From the NCBI RefSeq assembly GCF_009914755.1, contig NC_060939.1: a stretch of 64,000 nucleotides of DNA; one strand, 5' to 3'. The stretch comes from the human T2T-CHM13v2.0 reference genome, Homo sapiens. Below the pieces are notes generated by a model, which made no database searches, was not told the DNA's origin, and saw only the letters and a list, made by a program, of their open reading frames with translations. Position 1 is the first letter of the stretch. Each line of letters begins with the position of its first letter. Shown here piece by piece: positions 1 to 20,279 of this stretch. A program made the position numbers and the translations under genes.

Positions 1-334
1 TCAGTCGTAATCACTGCCTCCTAAATCACTGAGTCTGTTCTCTGTATTTTTATTAGACTTTTGTCATCTCCCAAATTCAGATATCCAATAGTCAGCCAAA
101 AAGGGAAACTTTTATCTCTGGAAAGAAAAAAAATCACTTAGAAAAATGTATTCAGTGTATCTAATACTGAAATGGAGAAAAGACTTAATGTTAAAGAAAA
201 AAAAAACACTATAGACATTGACATGGAAAAGAGATTTAATGTTAAAAAAACTTTATATTAACTGAGTAACACCTCCTGATGAGAAGTGCTATATTAAATA
301 TAAACCCATTATGTTGTTTAAAAAAAAAAACATG

Positions 335-615
335 AAAATCAAAAGCACTAAACAGAGTGAAAGAAGCCAGACACAGAAGAACCCGACTACGTGATTCCAT
401 GTATGGAGTTCTAGAACAGGCGCAATTTGTCAAATGCTGGAGAAACATCAGGCCAACTATTGCCTCTGGGAAGAAGGGGCAGGACACCAGAGAACTTTCT
501 GAGCAAGAGTCATGATAAAGATGTGGGTTACATGGGTTACATTTGTCAAAACTTGTGAAATGGTAAACTCAAAATAGATACATTTCATTATATATAAATT
601 TTACCTGAAAGTCAA
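335..615 (+). mobile_element. Old L1M (L1ME/MC-type) 3'-end fragment
   Basis: gagtgaaagaagccagacacagaag...tgattccatgtatggagttctagaacagg...acatttgtcaaaact motifs. Confidence 0.65.
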
Positions 616-769
616 AAACAAAGTTGAACTAGAATCAATTACATACATGAGTGTCTAAGGAGCTAGGTGAGACAAACGGTGGATGGACAGACAGCAGGAT
701 GTGGAGCCAAATACGGTGGCAGAACATGGAGGTGGGTCTGCAGCCACTCACTGTACACGTCTGTCAGTT

Positions 770-771
<2 letters not shown>

Positions 772-801
<30 letters not shown>
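772..801. repeat. (TG)n microsatellite
   Basis: Direct reading. Confidence 0.95.
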
Positions 802-803
<2 letters not shown>

Positions 804-890
804 TGAATATTTTCAAACAAATATAAAAAATAAATTAAAATAAAAACACAGGTAACTCTGCTTGACACTGAAACTGAAAAGGGAGACTAA

Positions 891-1219
<329 letters not shown>

Positions 1220-1280
1220 CCCCATGTACTTTCAAGTGGACACCATCCCCATTCATTCCACAAAAGAAGAAGAAATACTT

Positions 1281-1599
<319 letters not shown>

Positions 1600-2167
1600 C
1601 TAATGCTCTCCCAACTGAGCTATTTCAACTTAGAATAAATACTTTCTAAAGTGGTAGCTTTATCCACGTTGATGACTCTCAAGCAGGGGGACCAACGAAC
1701 TTCAACAATGGTTCTCAACCAAGGATCTTTTCAGATTCAACAAGTTTAGGGTGTATACAAGCAGCCATTTTTTTAAACCTCAATGGGGACTCTGAAACAC
1801 AGCCACTGTTATGAACAACATAATGATAGTCTTACTGAGCATGCAAAACTACAAAGCTAAATAAGATTGTTCAATGGCATTTCCTTGCAGGCCAAAGGCT
1901 TCCAATAAGTGTTTAATACACCCCCAAAGAACACCACAAATGCAGCAAGATGGTTTTGCAATAAAAATGCCTTCAATTCACGTAAAACAATAAAATCCGA
2001 GCAGCTTGTATTAACTACCATTTTAGACAACAATCTCCAAAGTAAAAAGCAAAACTTCAAAGAGTTAAGCTCAAAGCTCCTGTTCCTATAGCACATTACA
2101 AAATTTCTATAAAATGCATTTTATAATGGTCTTTACCAAATAAAAAACACTAGTTAAAGGCCCTTAC

Positions 2168-2282
2168 CTTTTCTAGGAGGGAGCTCTCCGTTCTGGGTTG
2201 ATTCTGTTCCAGTGTATACAATTTCTCCATCTTTAACCATTTCATTCCACAGACCACAGAGCCCATCTCTTGTGAATGCAAG
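2168..2282 (-). CDS. HERC2: HERC2 coding exon 3 (115 nt; LAFTRDGLCGLWNEMVKDGEIVYTGTESTQNGELPPRK+G)
   Basis: Minus strand: ...ccag|CTTGCATTC...CCTAGAAAAG|gtaag. Open frame continues from exon 2. Confidence 0.92.
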
Positions 2283-2536
2283 CTGGCAATGATAAACGAG
2301 ATAAGCTTACAGAGTGCTCACACTCACATTGCAATTTTTAAAGAATGATATGGGAAAAAAATCTCAATCCCCCTTATGTATTCGATCATTTGGTAATAAA
2401 ATCAATGATTTACTGAATTAGTGATTTAATCATTTTACATTTCAGGAAAGTCATCCAAGAAATATAAATGAAAAGGTGCATAATAGTATAAATACTATGC
2501 TACCTCTTATGTAACATACAAGAAAAATGACACGTG

Positions 2537-2850
<314 letters not shown>

Positions 2851-3307
2851 AAAAGACACACACACAAACACACACACGTGCATGTGCTCTGAAAAGATAA
2901 ACCAAAAGCAAGTACCAATGACTACCTACGGGGAAATGGGGAGGGGACATGGACAAAGGCAGCAGGACCAGAAAAAGCAACAACATTGTGAGTATACTTT
3001 AGATGTCTTTACTTCTGAAACATACATGACTTTCATCCTCAAAAATTAAAATTAAATCATAAAAAAGCGAAACCTACAACTGGCAACAAGCAAATTAACC
3101 CATGCATATACAAAGAAAAGTATGTCAAGGGACTTTTGAACTACATATCATTAATATAATATACTATAATGAAAAATAAAATATTTATCGGTATTGATAA
3201 CACTCTCACAATTTTAGAACTACTTCATGTTGCACAATAAAGCAGTGTAAATACAATAAAACATGTTTATGATAAAGTATTAAATGTTCTTAGAAATTAA
3301 GGTTTTA

Positions 3308-3589
3308 GGCCGGCCACGGTGGCTCACACCCGTAATCCCAGCATTTGGCAGGCCAAGGCAGGTAAATCACTTGAGGTCAGGAGTTCATGACCAGCCTGGC
3401 CAACATGGTGAAACCCCATCTCTACTAAAAATATAAAAAATTAGCCGGGTGTGCTGGTGCATGCCTGTAATCCCAGTCACTCGGGAGGCTGAAGCAGAAG
3501 ACTAGCATGAACCCAGGAGGCAGAGGTTTCAGTGAGCCGAGATTATGTCACTGCGCTCCAGCCTGGGTAAACAGAACGAGACTCCATCT

Positions 3590-3620
<31 letters not shown>
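3308..3620 (+). mobile_element. Alu with TSD aaattaaggtttt
   Basis: Alu consensus with flanking direct repeats. Confidence 0.95.
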
Positions 3621-3622
<2 letters not shown>

Positions 3623-3899
3623 AAGGTTTTCAGTGGAAAAGAGGAAAAAAAATCAAAGAAATTTTGAAAAACAACTTAAATTGGAAATCTATGAACTTTA
3701 TTTTTGAATATATTTGCTTACTCTGTTTTTTAAAGGACTAGAATCAAAGGCAATCTGACAGCGGCACCCAGATTTTGGTCTCTCAGAACCATTTCCCAAT
3801 AAAAGACGCTAGGGCTCTAGGGAAAATAAGTAGATTCAAGGGCCAGGGCAGACAAAGATGAGCCTGTTTCCTCAAAGAAAAAGCTGTTTCCTCAAACAT

Positions 3900-4286
<387 letters not shown>

Positions 4287-4495
4287 TCAACATTTGTGAG
4301 TCAGAAAAGGCTTCCCAGAACAGGAAAAGGGAGCATTTCAGACACTGGGGGAAGGCATCCATTCTGAAAACTGCGTATGCGACAGAAGCTCCCTTGTCTG
4401 GCAAAAAAAAAAAAGCCATTTTTAATTAAAAGAGACACAGATGTTTGCCCATCTTTTTTTTTTTTTAAACTTCTGTGGATACACACTAGTTGTAT

Positions 4496-4504
<9 letters not shown>

Positions 4505-4545
<41 letters not shown>
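4505..4545. repeat. (TA)n microsatellite
   Basis: Direct reading. Confidence 0.95.
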
Positions 4546-4547
<2 letters not shown>

Positions 4548-4566
4548 GTTATATATTCTATCTAAC

Positions 4567-4861
<295 letters not shown>

Positions 4862-6182
4862 CTATCTAACTCCATTTTTATACCCATTAACCATCCGCAC
4901 TTCACCCCCACTTTATCCTTCCCAGTCTCTGATAACCATCATTCTACTCTATCTCCATGAGTTCAATTACTTTCATTTGCTTAGCACCTACAAATAAGTG
5001 AGAACATGCAAAGTTCGATTTTCTGGGTCTGGCTCATGACATTCTGTTCCTGACTTAACGTAACGACCTCCAGTTCTATCCATGTTGTTGCAAACGGCAG
5101 TATCCCATTCTTTTTCATGGTTGAATAGTACTCCGTTGAGTATATATACCACATTTTCTTCATCCATTCATCTGCTGGGAACACTTAGGTTGCTTCCAAA
5201 TCTTGGCTATTGAGAATAGTGCTGCAATAAACATGAGAGTGTACATATTTCTTCAACATACTGATATTCTTTCCTCTGGGTATATACCTACCAGTGGGAT
5301 TGCTGAATCATATGATAGTCCTATTTTTAGTTTTTTGAGGAACCTCCAAGCTAATCTCCATAATGGCTGTGCTAATTTACATTCCCACCAACAGTGCACA
5401 AGGGTTCCCTTTTCTCTATATTCTTGCCAGCATTTGTTCTTGTCTTTTGGATATAAGCCATTTTAATTAGGGTGAGATAATATCTCATTATAGTTTTGAT
5501 TTGCATGTCTCTGATGACCAACCATGTTGAGCACCTGTTCGTACTGCCTGTTTGTCATTTGTATATCTTCTTTTGAGAAATGTCTATTCAAATCTTTTGC
5601 CCATTCTTATTGGATTATTAGATTTTTTTCTTATAGAGGTGCTTAAGCTAATTATATATTCTGGTTATTAATCCTTTGTCAGATGGGTAGTTTGCAAATA
5701 TTTTCTCCCATTCTGTGGGTTGTCTCTTCATTTTGTTGATTGTTTCCTTTGCTGTGCAGCTTTTTAACTCAATGTGATCCCACTTGTCCATTTTAGCTTT
5801 GGTTGCCTGTGTTTACGAAGTATTACTCAAGAAATCATTACCCAGTGCAATGTCCTGGAGAGTCTCCCCAATGTTTTCTTTTAGCACTTTCATAGTCTGA
5901 AGTCTTAGGTTTAAGTCTTTACTCCATTTTGATGTGATTTTCGTATATGGTGAGAGATAGCGGTCTAGTTTCATTTTTCTGCATATGGGTGTCCCATTTT
6001 CCCAGCACCATTTATCAATGAGGCTATCCTTTCCCTCACGTATCCTCCGGGCACCTCTGTCAAAGGTGAGTTCACTGTAGATGTATAGATCTGTTTCTGG
6101 GTTCTCTATTCTGTTCCATTGGTCTAGGTGTCTGTTTTTATACCAGTACCATGCTGTTTTGGTATACCTTTCTAGTAAACTT

Positions 6183-6219
6183 TGCACTTGATCTAAGCCA
6201 AAAAAGACCAGGAAGTGAC
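6183..6219 (-). pseudogene. U2 snRNA 5'-end fragment (~35 nt, 3'-truncated pseudogene)
   Basis: Reverse complement gtcacttcctggtcttttttggcttagatcaagtgca versus U2 5' end atcgcttctcggccttttggctaagatcaagtgtag. It interrupts an L1. Confidence 0.8.
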
Positions 6220-6646
6220 TGTAGTATAATTTTAAGTCAGGTAATGCAATTTCTCCAGTTTTGTTTTTTGCTCAGGATGGCTTTGGCTATTCTGTCTCTT
6301 TTGTGATTCCATACAAATTTCAGGATTTTTTTTTTCTATTTCTGTGAAGAATGTCATTGGTATTTTGATAGGGATTACATTGAACCTGTAGATTGCTTTG
6401 GGTAGTACAGACATTTTAACAATATTGATTCTTCCAATCCATGAACACGGAGTATCTTTTCCTTTTTTGTGTGTCTTCTTCAATTTTCTGCATCACTGTT
6501 TTACAGTTTTCGTGGTAGAGATCTTTTCACTTCTTGGGTTAGTTTTATTCCTACGTATTTTACTTTATTTGTAGCTATTATAAATGGAATTATTTTTCTT
6601 GATTTTTCATATTGTTCACTGTTGACATACAGAAATGCTACTGATT

Positions 6647-6955
6647 TGGCCGGGCACAGTGGCTCATACCTGTAATCCCAGCACTTTGGGAGGCCAAGGC
6701 AGGCGGATCACCTGAGGTCAGGAGTTCAAGACCAGCCTGGCCCATGTGGTGAAACCCTGTCTCTACTAAAAATACAAAAATTAGCCAGGCCTGGTGGCAG
6801 GCGCCTGTAATGCCAGCTACTCAGGCAGCTAAGGCAGGAGGATCGCTTCAACCCAGGAGGCAGAGGTTGCAGTGAGCCGAGATTGCGCCATTGCTTTCCA
6901 GCCTGGGCCACAGAGTGAGACTCCATCTCAAAAAAAAAAAAAAAAAAAAAAAAAA
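6647..6955 (+). mobile_element. Alu inserted in L1
   Basis: Alu consensus; TSD-like agaaatgctac.gattt on both sides. Confidence 0.95.
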
Positions 6956-7129
6956 CAGAGAAATGCTACAGATTTTTGTATGTTAATTTAGTATCCTGCA
7001 ATTTTACTGAATTTATCAGTTCTAATCATTTTTTGGTGGAGTTTTCAGGTTTTTCCAAATATAACAATCATCTGCAAACAAGAATAACTTGGCATCTTCA
7101 TTTCCAATTTGGATGCCCTTTATTTCTTC

Positions 7130-7426
<297 letters not shown>

Positions 7427-7465
7427 TTTCTCTCTCTTATCTGACTCCTCTAGCAAGGGCTTCCA

Positions 7466-8857
<1,392 letters not shown>

Positions 8858-9599
8858 CCATTATTATATTGAATAACAGTGGTGACAGTGGGCATCCGTG
8901 TCTTGTTCCAGATCTTAGAGGAAAGGCTTTCAGTTTTTCACCTTTCAGTATGATACTAGCTGTGTGTCAGCTGTATATGGCTTTTATTGCGTTGAGGTGT
9001 GTTCCTTCTATAACCAGTTTTTTGGGGGTTTTTATCATGAAAGGATGTTGAATTTTATCAAATGCCTTTTCAGCATGAATTTAAATGATCATATGGTTTT
9101 TTATCCTTCATTCTATTGATATGATGTATCAAACTGATTGATTTGGATACGGTGAACCATCCTGGCATCCCTGGGATAAACCCCACTTTGGTCATGATGA
9201 ATGATGTTTTTAATGTGTTGTTGAATTCGGTTTGCTGGTATTTTGTTGGGTATTTCCGCATCAATGTTCATCTGGGATACTGGCCTGTTTTGTTTTTTTG
9301 ATTATGTCTTTGTCTGGTTTTGGTATCAGGGTAATATTGGCCTTCTACAATAAGTTTGGATGTATTCCCTCCTCCTCTATTTTTCAGAATAGTTTCACTA
9401 GGATTGGTAACAGTTCTTCTTTAAATGTTTGGTAAAATTCAGCAGTGAAGTCACCAGGTCCTGGGGTTTTTCTTTGCTGGAAGACTTTTTATTATTACAG
9501 TTTCAATCTCATTACCTGTTATTGGTATGTTCAGGTTCTGGATTTCTTCATGGTTCAAACTTGGAAGGCTGTATGTGCCTGTGAAATTATCCATTTCTT

Positions 9600-9952
<353 letters not shown>

Positions 9953-10489
9953 TAGTCTCTAATGACCCTTTGAATTTCTGCAATATCAGTTGTAATGCCT
10001 ACTTTTTCACCTCTGATTTGGGTCTTCTTTTTCTCTTAGCCTGCCTGAAGGCTTGTCAATTTATCTTTTAGAAAAACCAACTTTTCATTTCATTGATCTT
10101 TTGTATTATTTTCTTCATTTCAACTCCATTTTATTTCTGCTCTAATTTTTATTATTTCTGTCCTTAAAATTATGGGTTTGGTTAGCTCCTTCTTTTCTAG
10201 TTCTTTAAGATGTATCATTAGGTTATTTATTTGAAGTTTTTCTACTTTTTTGATTTTCCTCTTAGTACTGCTTTAACTATATCCCACAGATTTCGTATGC
10301 TGTGTTGCCATTGCCATTTGTTTCAAGAAACTGTTTAATTTCACTCTTAATTTCTTCACTGACCTGTTGGTCATTCAGGAGCATATTGTTTAATTCCCAT
10401 GTGTTGGTGGAGTTTCCAAAATTCCTCGTTATCAATTTTTAGTTATAGTCCATGTGATCAGAGAAGATACTTAACATAATTTTTTTAAC

Positions 10490-11805
10490 TTTTATATGGC
10501 AAAAGAGGAATCTAGCTTCATTCTTCTGCATATGAATATCAAGTTTTCCCAGCACCATTTATTGAAGAGATTGTCTTTTCCCCAGTGTATGTTCTTGGTA
10601 CCTTTGTCGAAAATGAGTTCACCGTAGATGTGCGGATTTGTTTCTGGATTCTCTATTCTGTTCCGTTGGTCTGTGTCTGTTTTATGCTAGTACTATGCTG
10701 TTTTGGTTACTATAGCTCTGTAGTATAATTTGAAGTCAGGTAATCTGATTCCTCCAGTTTGTTTCTTTTCAATTATGAGAGCTTCGGCTATTCTGGGTCT
10801 TTTGTGGTTCAACATGAATTTTAGGATTTTTTTTTTTTCTGTTTCTGTGAAGAATGTCATTGGTATTTTGCTAGGGATTGCACTGAATCGGTAGATTGCT
10901 TTGGGTAGTATGGACATTTTAACAATATTGATTCTTCCAATCCATGAAGATGAAATATTTTTCCATCTTTTGTGTCTTCTTTAATGTCTTTCATCAGCGT
11001 TTTAGAGTTTTCATTACAGAGATCTTTGTAATTATCTTCTTTGGTTACTTCCCAGGTATTTAATTTCATGTGTGGCTACTATAAATGGGATTACTTTTCT
11101 AATTTCTTTTTCATATTGTTTACTGTTGGCACACAGAAATGCTACTGATTTTTGTATGTTGATTTCGTATACTGCAATTGTATTGAATTTATCGGCTCTA
11201 ATCATTTTCTTGTGGAGTCTTTAGGTTTTTCCAAATATAAGATCATATCATCTGCAAACAAGGATAATTTGACTTCTTCCTTTCCAATGTGGAGGCCTTT
11301 TATTTCTTTCTCTTGTCTGATTGCTCTAGCAAGAACTTCCAGTACTATGTTGAATAACAGTGGCCACACTGAGCATCCTTGTCATGTTCCAGATCTTAGA
11401 GGAAAGACTTTCAGTTTTTCACCATTCAGTATGATACTAGCTGTGGGTCTGTCATATACGGCTTTTATTATGTTGAGGTATGTTTCTTCCATAACCAGTT
11501 TTAAGAGATTTTATCATGAAAGGATGTTGAATTTTATCAAATGCCTTTTCAGCATCGATTGAAATAATCACATGGTTTTTATCCTTCTGTTGACATGATG
11601 TATCACATCAATTGATTTGCATATGTTGAACCATCCTTGTACCCCAGGGATAAACCCCACTTGGTCACAATGAACGATCTTTCTAACGTATTGCTGAATT
11701 TGGTTTGCTAGTATTTTGTTGAGGATATTTGCATCAATATTCATCAGAGACATTGGCCTGTAGTATTCTTTCTTTGATGTGTCTTTGTCTGCTTTTAGTA
11801 TCAAG
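10490..11805 (-). mobile_element. Second L1 ORF2 internal segment nested in the old L1
   Basis: Repeats the ORF2 interval already seen at ~5950-7130 and 8860-9330 (e.g. [34 protein letters not shown]). Confidence 0.8.
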
Positions 11806-12289
11806 GTTTGAATTTTTAATGACTTATTTTGTGGCCTAACATACGGTCTAACCTTGAGGACGATCCATGTGCTAAAGAGAACAATGTAAATTCTGCAGCC
11901 ATCAGATGAAATGTTCTAGAAATATCTACTAAATCCATTTGGTCTACAGTGCAGATTAAGTTTGATGTTTCTTCGTTAATTTTGTCTGGATGATCTGATC
12001 TGTCCAATGCTGAAAGTGGAGTGTTGAAGCCTCCATCTATTAATGTGTTAAGGCCTATCTCTCTCTTTAGCTGTAATATTTGTTTTATGTATCTGGGTGC
12101 TCTAGTGTTGAGTGCATATATACATATATTTATAATAGTTATAGCCTCTTGCTGAATTGGCCCCTTTATCATTACATAATGACTTTTTTGGTCTCCTTTT
12201 ATAGTTTTGGTCTTGAAATCTATTTGGTCTGATATAACCACTATGCTCTTTTGTGATTTCCATTTACCTCTCCCTTTTTCCATCCCCCC

Positions 12290-12612
12290 GCACCGTCCTG
12301 AAGGGATGGTCTTCAATTTGAAGAAGCAAGCAGCCAATGAACTGCCTGTGGGGAGGGGCAGCCTCCAAGAGCCCAGGGTTTCAGTCCCACAACCACAATG
12401 GATTCAATTCTACCAATGAGGACCTGAGCTCCAGATGACAGCGTGCCCTAGCCAACACCTTGACTACAGCCTGTGACACCTGAAGTAGAGGATAGAACTA
12501 AGCTATGGCCAGACTCCTGACCCACAGAAACTGTGAGAGTGTAAATGCTTGTTGTTACAAGCTGCCAAATTTGTGTTTGGTAACTTGTTCTGTAGCGACA
12601 GAAACCAAGCCA
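12290..12612 (+). mobile_element. MaLR MLT1-type solo LTR fragment
   Basis: gagctccagatga...gccaacaccttgactacagcctgtga...ccagactcctgacccacagaaactgtgag...taaatg.ttgttgtt..aagc motifs typical of MLT1 3' halves. Confidence 0.8.
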
Positions 12613-12786
12613 GCATCCTTCAGTTTTTGTAGAAGGAACAGCTTTCTCTCAGCACTCTTATTTTTTCTGTTCACATCACTAACAGGATAACTGCCATAAA
12701 CATACTTGGAACCAAAACATACGACTTTTGGTAAAAATTATCAGCTGGTGGGGGAGAGGTAAACTCCTTCCAAAAAGTGAGCCCTA

Positions 12787-13216
<430 letters not shown>

Positions 13217-13558
13217 TTAATTTAAATTTAAAAAATTAAAATAATATAAAAAATAAAATTAAAAAGTGAGCCGAAAACATTCAGGGCCCCTGAAGTTTAA
13301 CTAGTGAATGGAAAGGTTTGACTCTTCTAGTCTTCAGTCAGAGGAGGGCAGTGAATACATGCACTGGGGTTCAGTCCAAACCCTACCACAATGCACATGA
13401 TAAGAGGCTAACAGCGGTCAGAACTCACAGCTCCATGTGGGCCGTGCTCCAGGAGTTTCAGACTATCTTTAGGCACTCAAGGGAATACGACATTTGACCC
13501 GTGTCTTAAAGTGTTTCAGAAAACAGAAACAGAGAAGGTGAACTAAGAAGCTATTACT

Positions 13559-14240
<682 letters not shown>

Positions 14241-15115
14241 AAGAAACTATTTCAAATCACGTAAGTTAAATCAAATGTGAAAGGGAAAATAAGGGAGGGA
14301 ACAGAAGAGGAATGAGAATTAGTTCCGTTTTAACCACTAAGATTTGCACTAACTACTGAACATAAACATGGAGCTCCTCCCCACTCCACCAACCCTCAGT
14401 AAATATAGATCCAGATCTTAGCAGAGTGTTCAGGGCTAGAGACTCAAATCTGGGAGTAGTCAACAAATGGACTGTAGGTGATGTCCTGGAGAAGATGCCA
14501 ACACCCAAGCAGAGAGGGGAGACCCCTGCCCAGACCTGAAAGCACTCTAAGATCGCCCCAGACTGGCTGGGCTCCACACATCAGTGTTCTGCGGTACAGC
14601 CTAGATTGAGAAACATTAGTGTTACAGAGGTACCATTTTTAAAAAAAAAAGCCAAAAGATGGAACATTTAAAGACTAAGCCAAGGAGGAAGCCCAGTTTA
14701 CATGGAAACAAGAATAATTACCACCACCTTTCGATTATTACCTGGGTAGCACTGGGAAGGAAGAGGATAGGCCAGACCTTGTCTTTCTGAGTGACAAGGA
14801 ATTCTTTTTTGGAAGGTAGACACTGGACTCCTGGAAGGACATGCACTGTGGAAGCCTCCTAGGAACTGATGACCCAAATAAATGGTAAGCACCATTCAAA
14901 AAACTATTTGGGCACCTTAAAGGTGGAACATTACTAAGGCAATAAAGCAAGCCTCACTGGAGGAGGTCTCCAGAGAGTTAGACTGTGAACAAGCAAAAGT
15001 GAAGCCCAGGAGAAGAGCTCTCCAGATCACAGACAGTACAGGATCCTGACTGAGGAAGCAGCAGCCTGGGAACAACTGGAAGACAGCCGTGGCACTGAGA
15101 AGAATGGAGACTACA

Positions 15116-15415
15116 GGCAGGGCGTGGTGGCCCACGCCGTAATCCCAGAGCTTTGGGAGGCCAAGACAGAAGAACTGCTTGAGGCCAAGAGTTCAAGATC
15201 AGCCTGGGCAACATGGTAAGACCGTGTCTCTACAGAAATGTAAAAATTACCCAAGTGCATGGCACGTGCCTGTAATCCCAGCTACTCAGGAGGCTACAGC
15301 AGGACGGTCACCTGCACCCAGGAGTTTGAGGTTACAGTAAGCTCTGATCACACCACAGCATTCCAACCTGGGTGACAGAGACCCTATTCATAAAAAAAAT
15401 AAAATAAAATAAAGA
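15116..15415 (+). mobile_element. AluJ-like
   Basis: Diverged Alu consensus. Confidence 0.9.
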
Positions 15416-15955
15416 AAAAGAAAAAAATGAATGGGACTTTCCATTTGTAAAGTGAGAGTATTTATTTCTACAACTGTCTCCAATTAGCTTTTTATTAGTA
15501 GCTGACTTACCTAAACGTGCCCAGTAGATTTTCAACTTTTGACTTTTTTGGTTCAGATCCCAGAAGCTTCTAATTAGGTTATTTGGGCTGAGAACTCTTT
15601 TCCAATCTTTTCCAATCTCACATTCCTATCTTACACCTCTGAAATGACATGGCAAGTAAAGGCACTTTCATCGTCAAAAGACCCCAGCAAAAGAGGCAGT
15701 AACAGGCTCACTTTTTGTTAGTTACTAAACTGAAGCTCAGAAGGCCAATGACTTGACCAAAGGCCACACAACACTGAGGCTGTGAGAGGTGGGATTTGGG
15801 AAGAGGCCCAACTCCAAGGCTTATTCGCTTCCCACCAACACCATAACATGCACCCACACCTGCAGCACGGCAGCCAGGGCAAGCCTTCACGCTCCCATAC
15901 ATAGGCCACCAATATTTTAATACCAATCAGGACTAGGCAAGCAAACAGTTAAGGC

Positions 15956-16232
15956 ATTTTTTTTTTTTTTTTTTTTGAGACAGAGTCTTGCTCTGTCGCC
16001 CAGGCTGGAGTGCAGTGGCGCCATCTTGGCTCCCCGGGTTCATGCCATTCTCCTGCCTCAGCCTCCCGAGTAGCTGGGACTACAGGCGCACGCCACCACG
16101 CCCGGCTAATTTTTTGTGTATTTTTAGTAGAGACGGGGTTTCACCGTGTTAGCCTGGATGGTCTCGACCTCCTGACCTTGTGATCCACCCGCCTCGGCCT
16201 GGGATTACAGGCGTGAGCCACCGCACCCAGCC
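15956..16232 (-). mobile_element. AluY-type with two short internal deletions; TSD gttaaggcattt
   Basis: Reverse Alu; direct repeats at ~15948 and ~16234. Confidence 0.92.
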
Positions 16233-17284
16233 CGTTAAGGCATTTATTAAAGTGACTTCAGAACTATAGAGTCAGGCAATAAAATCCAAAACTGAATAAT
16301 ATAACAAATGAATATCTGATTAATGTATAGGTTAGAAAATGTTTCTTTTTCATGTCCTTACAATTTGACAGAAAAGTAATCTTCAAATATTTGCAGATGA
16401 GTAAAGGTATATGGCTTTTTTTCTTAAACCTACAGAAAAATACTAAACATCTATTGAACGTAGGACAACATATAAAAAATGTTAAGAACAGGTTCCTAGA
16501 ACAATTAGAAAGGTCAGACAGGAACATTAAGTACGTCGATTTGAAGACATCCTAGAAGCAGTAAGATAGTGAGGTCTTCCTAAAGTCTGAGACCCACGAG
16601 AGGAAGAAAGAGGCCCAGAGAACCTAAGCAAGCAGGGATGAGACTGAGAAGCAAAACGGAGCTTCTGAGAGACTCCCAGGGCCCTCACACAGGAGAAAGA
16701 GGCCTGGCAGACCCCATGCTCTGAGCTGGAACCTCAAAGGGCCACACACCAGAAATACAGGTGAGTTAGAAGTAGACCAGCCTTTACGGAAAACCAGCCC
16801 AGTTTCGCATTCTCTCAATTTCCAAAGGGACTGCAGTGACCTGGGATTGCCTAGAACATCCTCTCTGGGGGAAGTTATTGTTACCCAGAGCCTCGACTTA
16901 TTGCTACAATATTGCATATACAATATCTGAAAGTCAAGCAAATATAATAATGACAAAGATACAAGACCACATCATTGAAAAATGAAAAAAAAAATAGAAG
17001 TCAACAGAACAGACCAAGAGTAGATCCTGAAAACAGAAATATAAAGACTTCTATCATGAAAGAAGAGCCTGAGGAATGAACTAAAGTGTTAACACTCTGC
17101 TCAGCAGATGTCAGCTCGGAACAATGGGGTGAGGGAAGTGGGAAAGTGAGACAAGGAGATCAATGAAGCAACGGTATGCAGTATATGACTTCACAGTCAG
17201 CTAAGTGTGATTTTAGCCTACTCTGCCTATGTAGGAGCCATTCTTATTTCCTTTAATTTCCTAAAAAAAGAAAAACATATATTT

Positions 17285-17820
<536 letters not shown>

Positions 17821-18416
17821 TTACTGCCACCTCTTCTCAATGAGCTGCAAATACAACCAATTGTTCAGCCAGCACATTCACTAGGCACATGTGGCTTTTC
17901 CAGAAGGTCTGCAAGAAGAAACTACACCATAAAATAGTCCAAGGAGGAAAGAAAAAGGGGAGGAATAAAAACACTGAGTTCCCTCATCTCTCCTTGTAAA
18001 GTGGTGAACGTTCATACCACAGGGAATTCACACCCACACTCGCCACACCTTCCAGGCTGTGTCACTGGCTCCTTGGTAGGCAGTCAGGAAGCCATACTCC
18101 AACTCTCTTGCGTGACATCACAGCGGAGACTGGAGCCGAAGGGCGGCTCACAGGCATGAGTCAACCAAGAGGGACAGAGAGAGGCGGCTAAGGAATCTAT
18201 GGGGTCGGACAAGGTTTATAAACACACTTTTAAAATAACTACCTTTAATAGGGTCAAGCAATTAAAAGATCCTATTAACAGCCGGGCACGGTTCATGCTT
18301 GTACTCCCAGCACTTTGGGAGGCCAAGGCAGGTGGATCACGAGCTCAGGAGTTCAAGACCAGCCTGGGCAACATGGTGAAACCCCATCTCTACTAAAAAT
18401 ATAAAAAATTATCTGG

Positions 18417-18838
<422 letters not shown>

Positions 18839-18841
18839 TTA

Positions 18842-18985
<144 letters not shown>

Positions 18986-19122
18986 TCAAAAAAAAAAAAA
19001 AAAAAAAAAAAAGGAATTGTCATCAAAGTCCTACGGCTAAACCCTTTTCCTTTTTTTTTAATAACTAGTATTACTAGTCTTTTCCAAGAACCAAAGTTAA
19101 AAGTTAGTTCTTTAAAACACCA

Positions 19123-20152
<1,030 letters not shown>

Positions 20153-20279
20153 CGAAGTGACAATATTTATATACAATAAGCTTAACTCTAAGAGCTTACA
20201 TTTATGCGTAGTCATTCTTAATTGATGATTAGAGGAAGAGACAAATAAATGGTCCCAGTTTAGCTACTGATATACTCAA

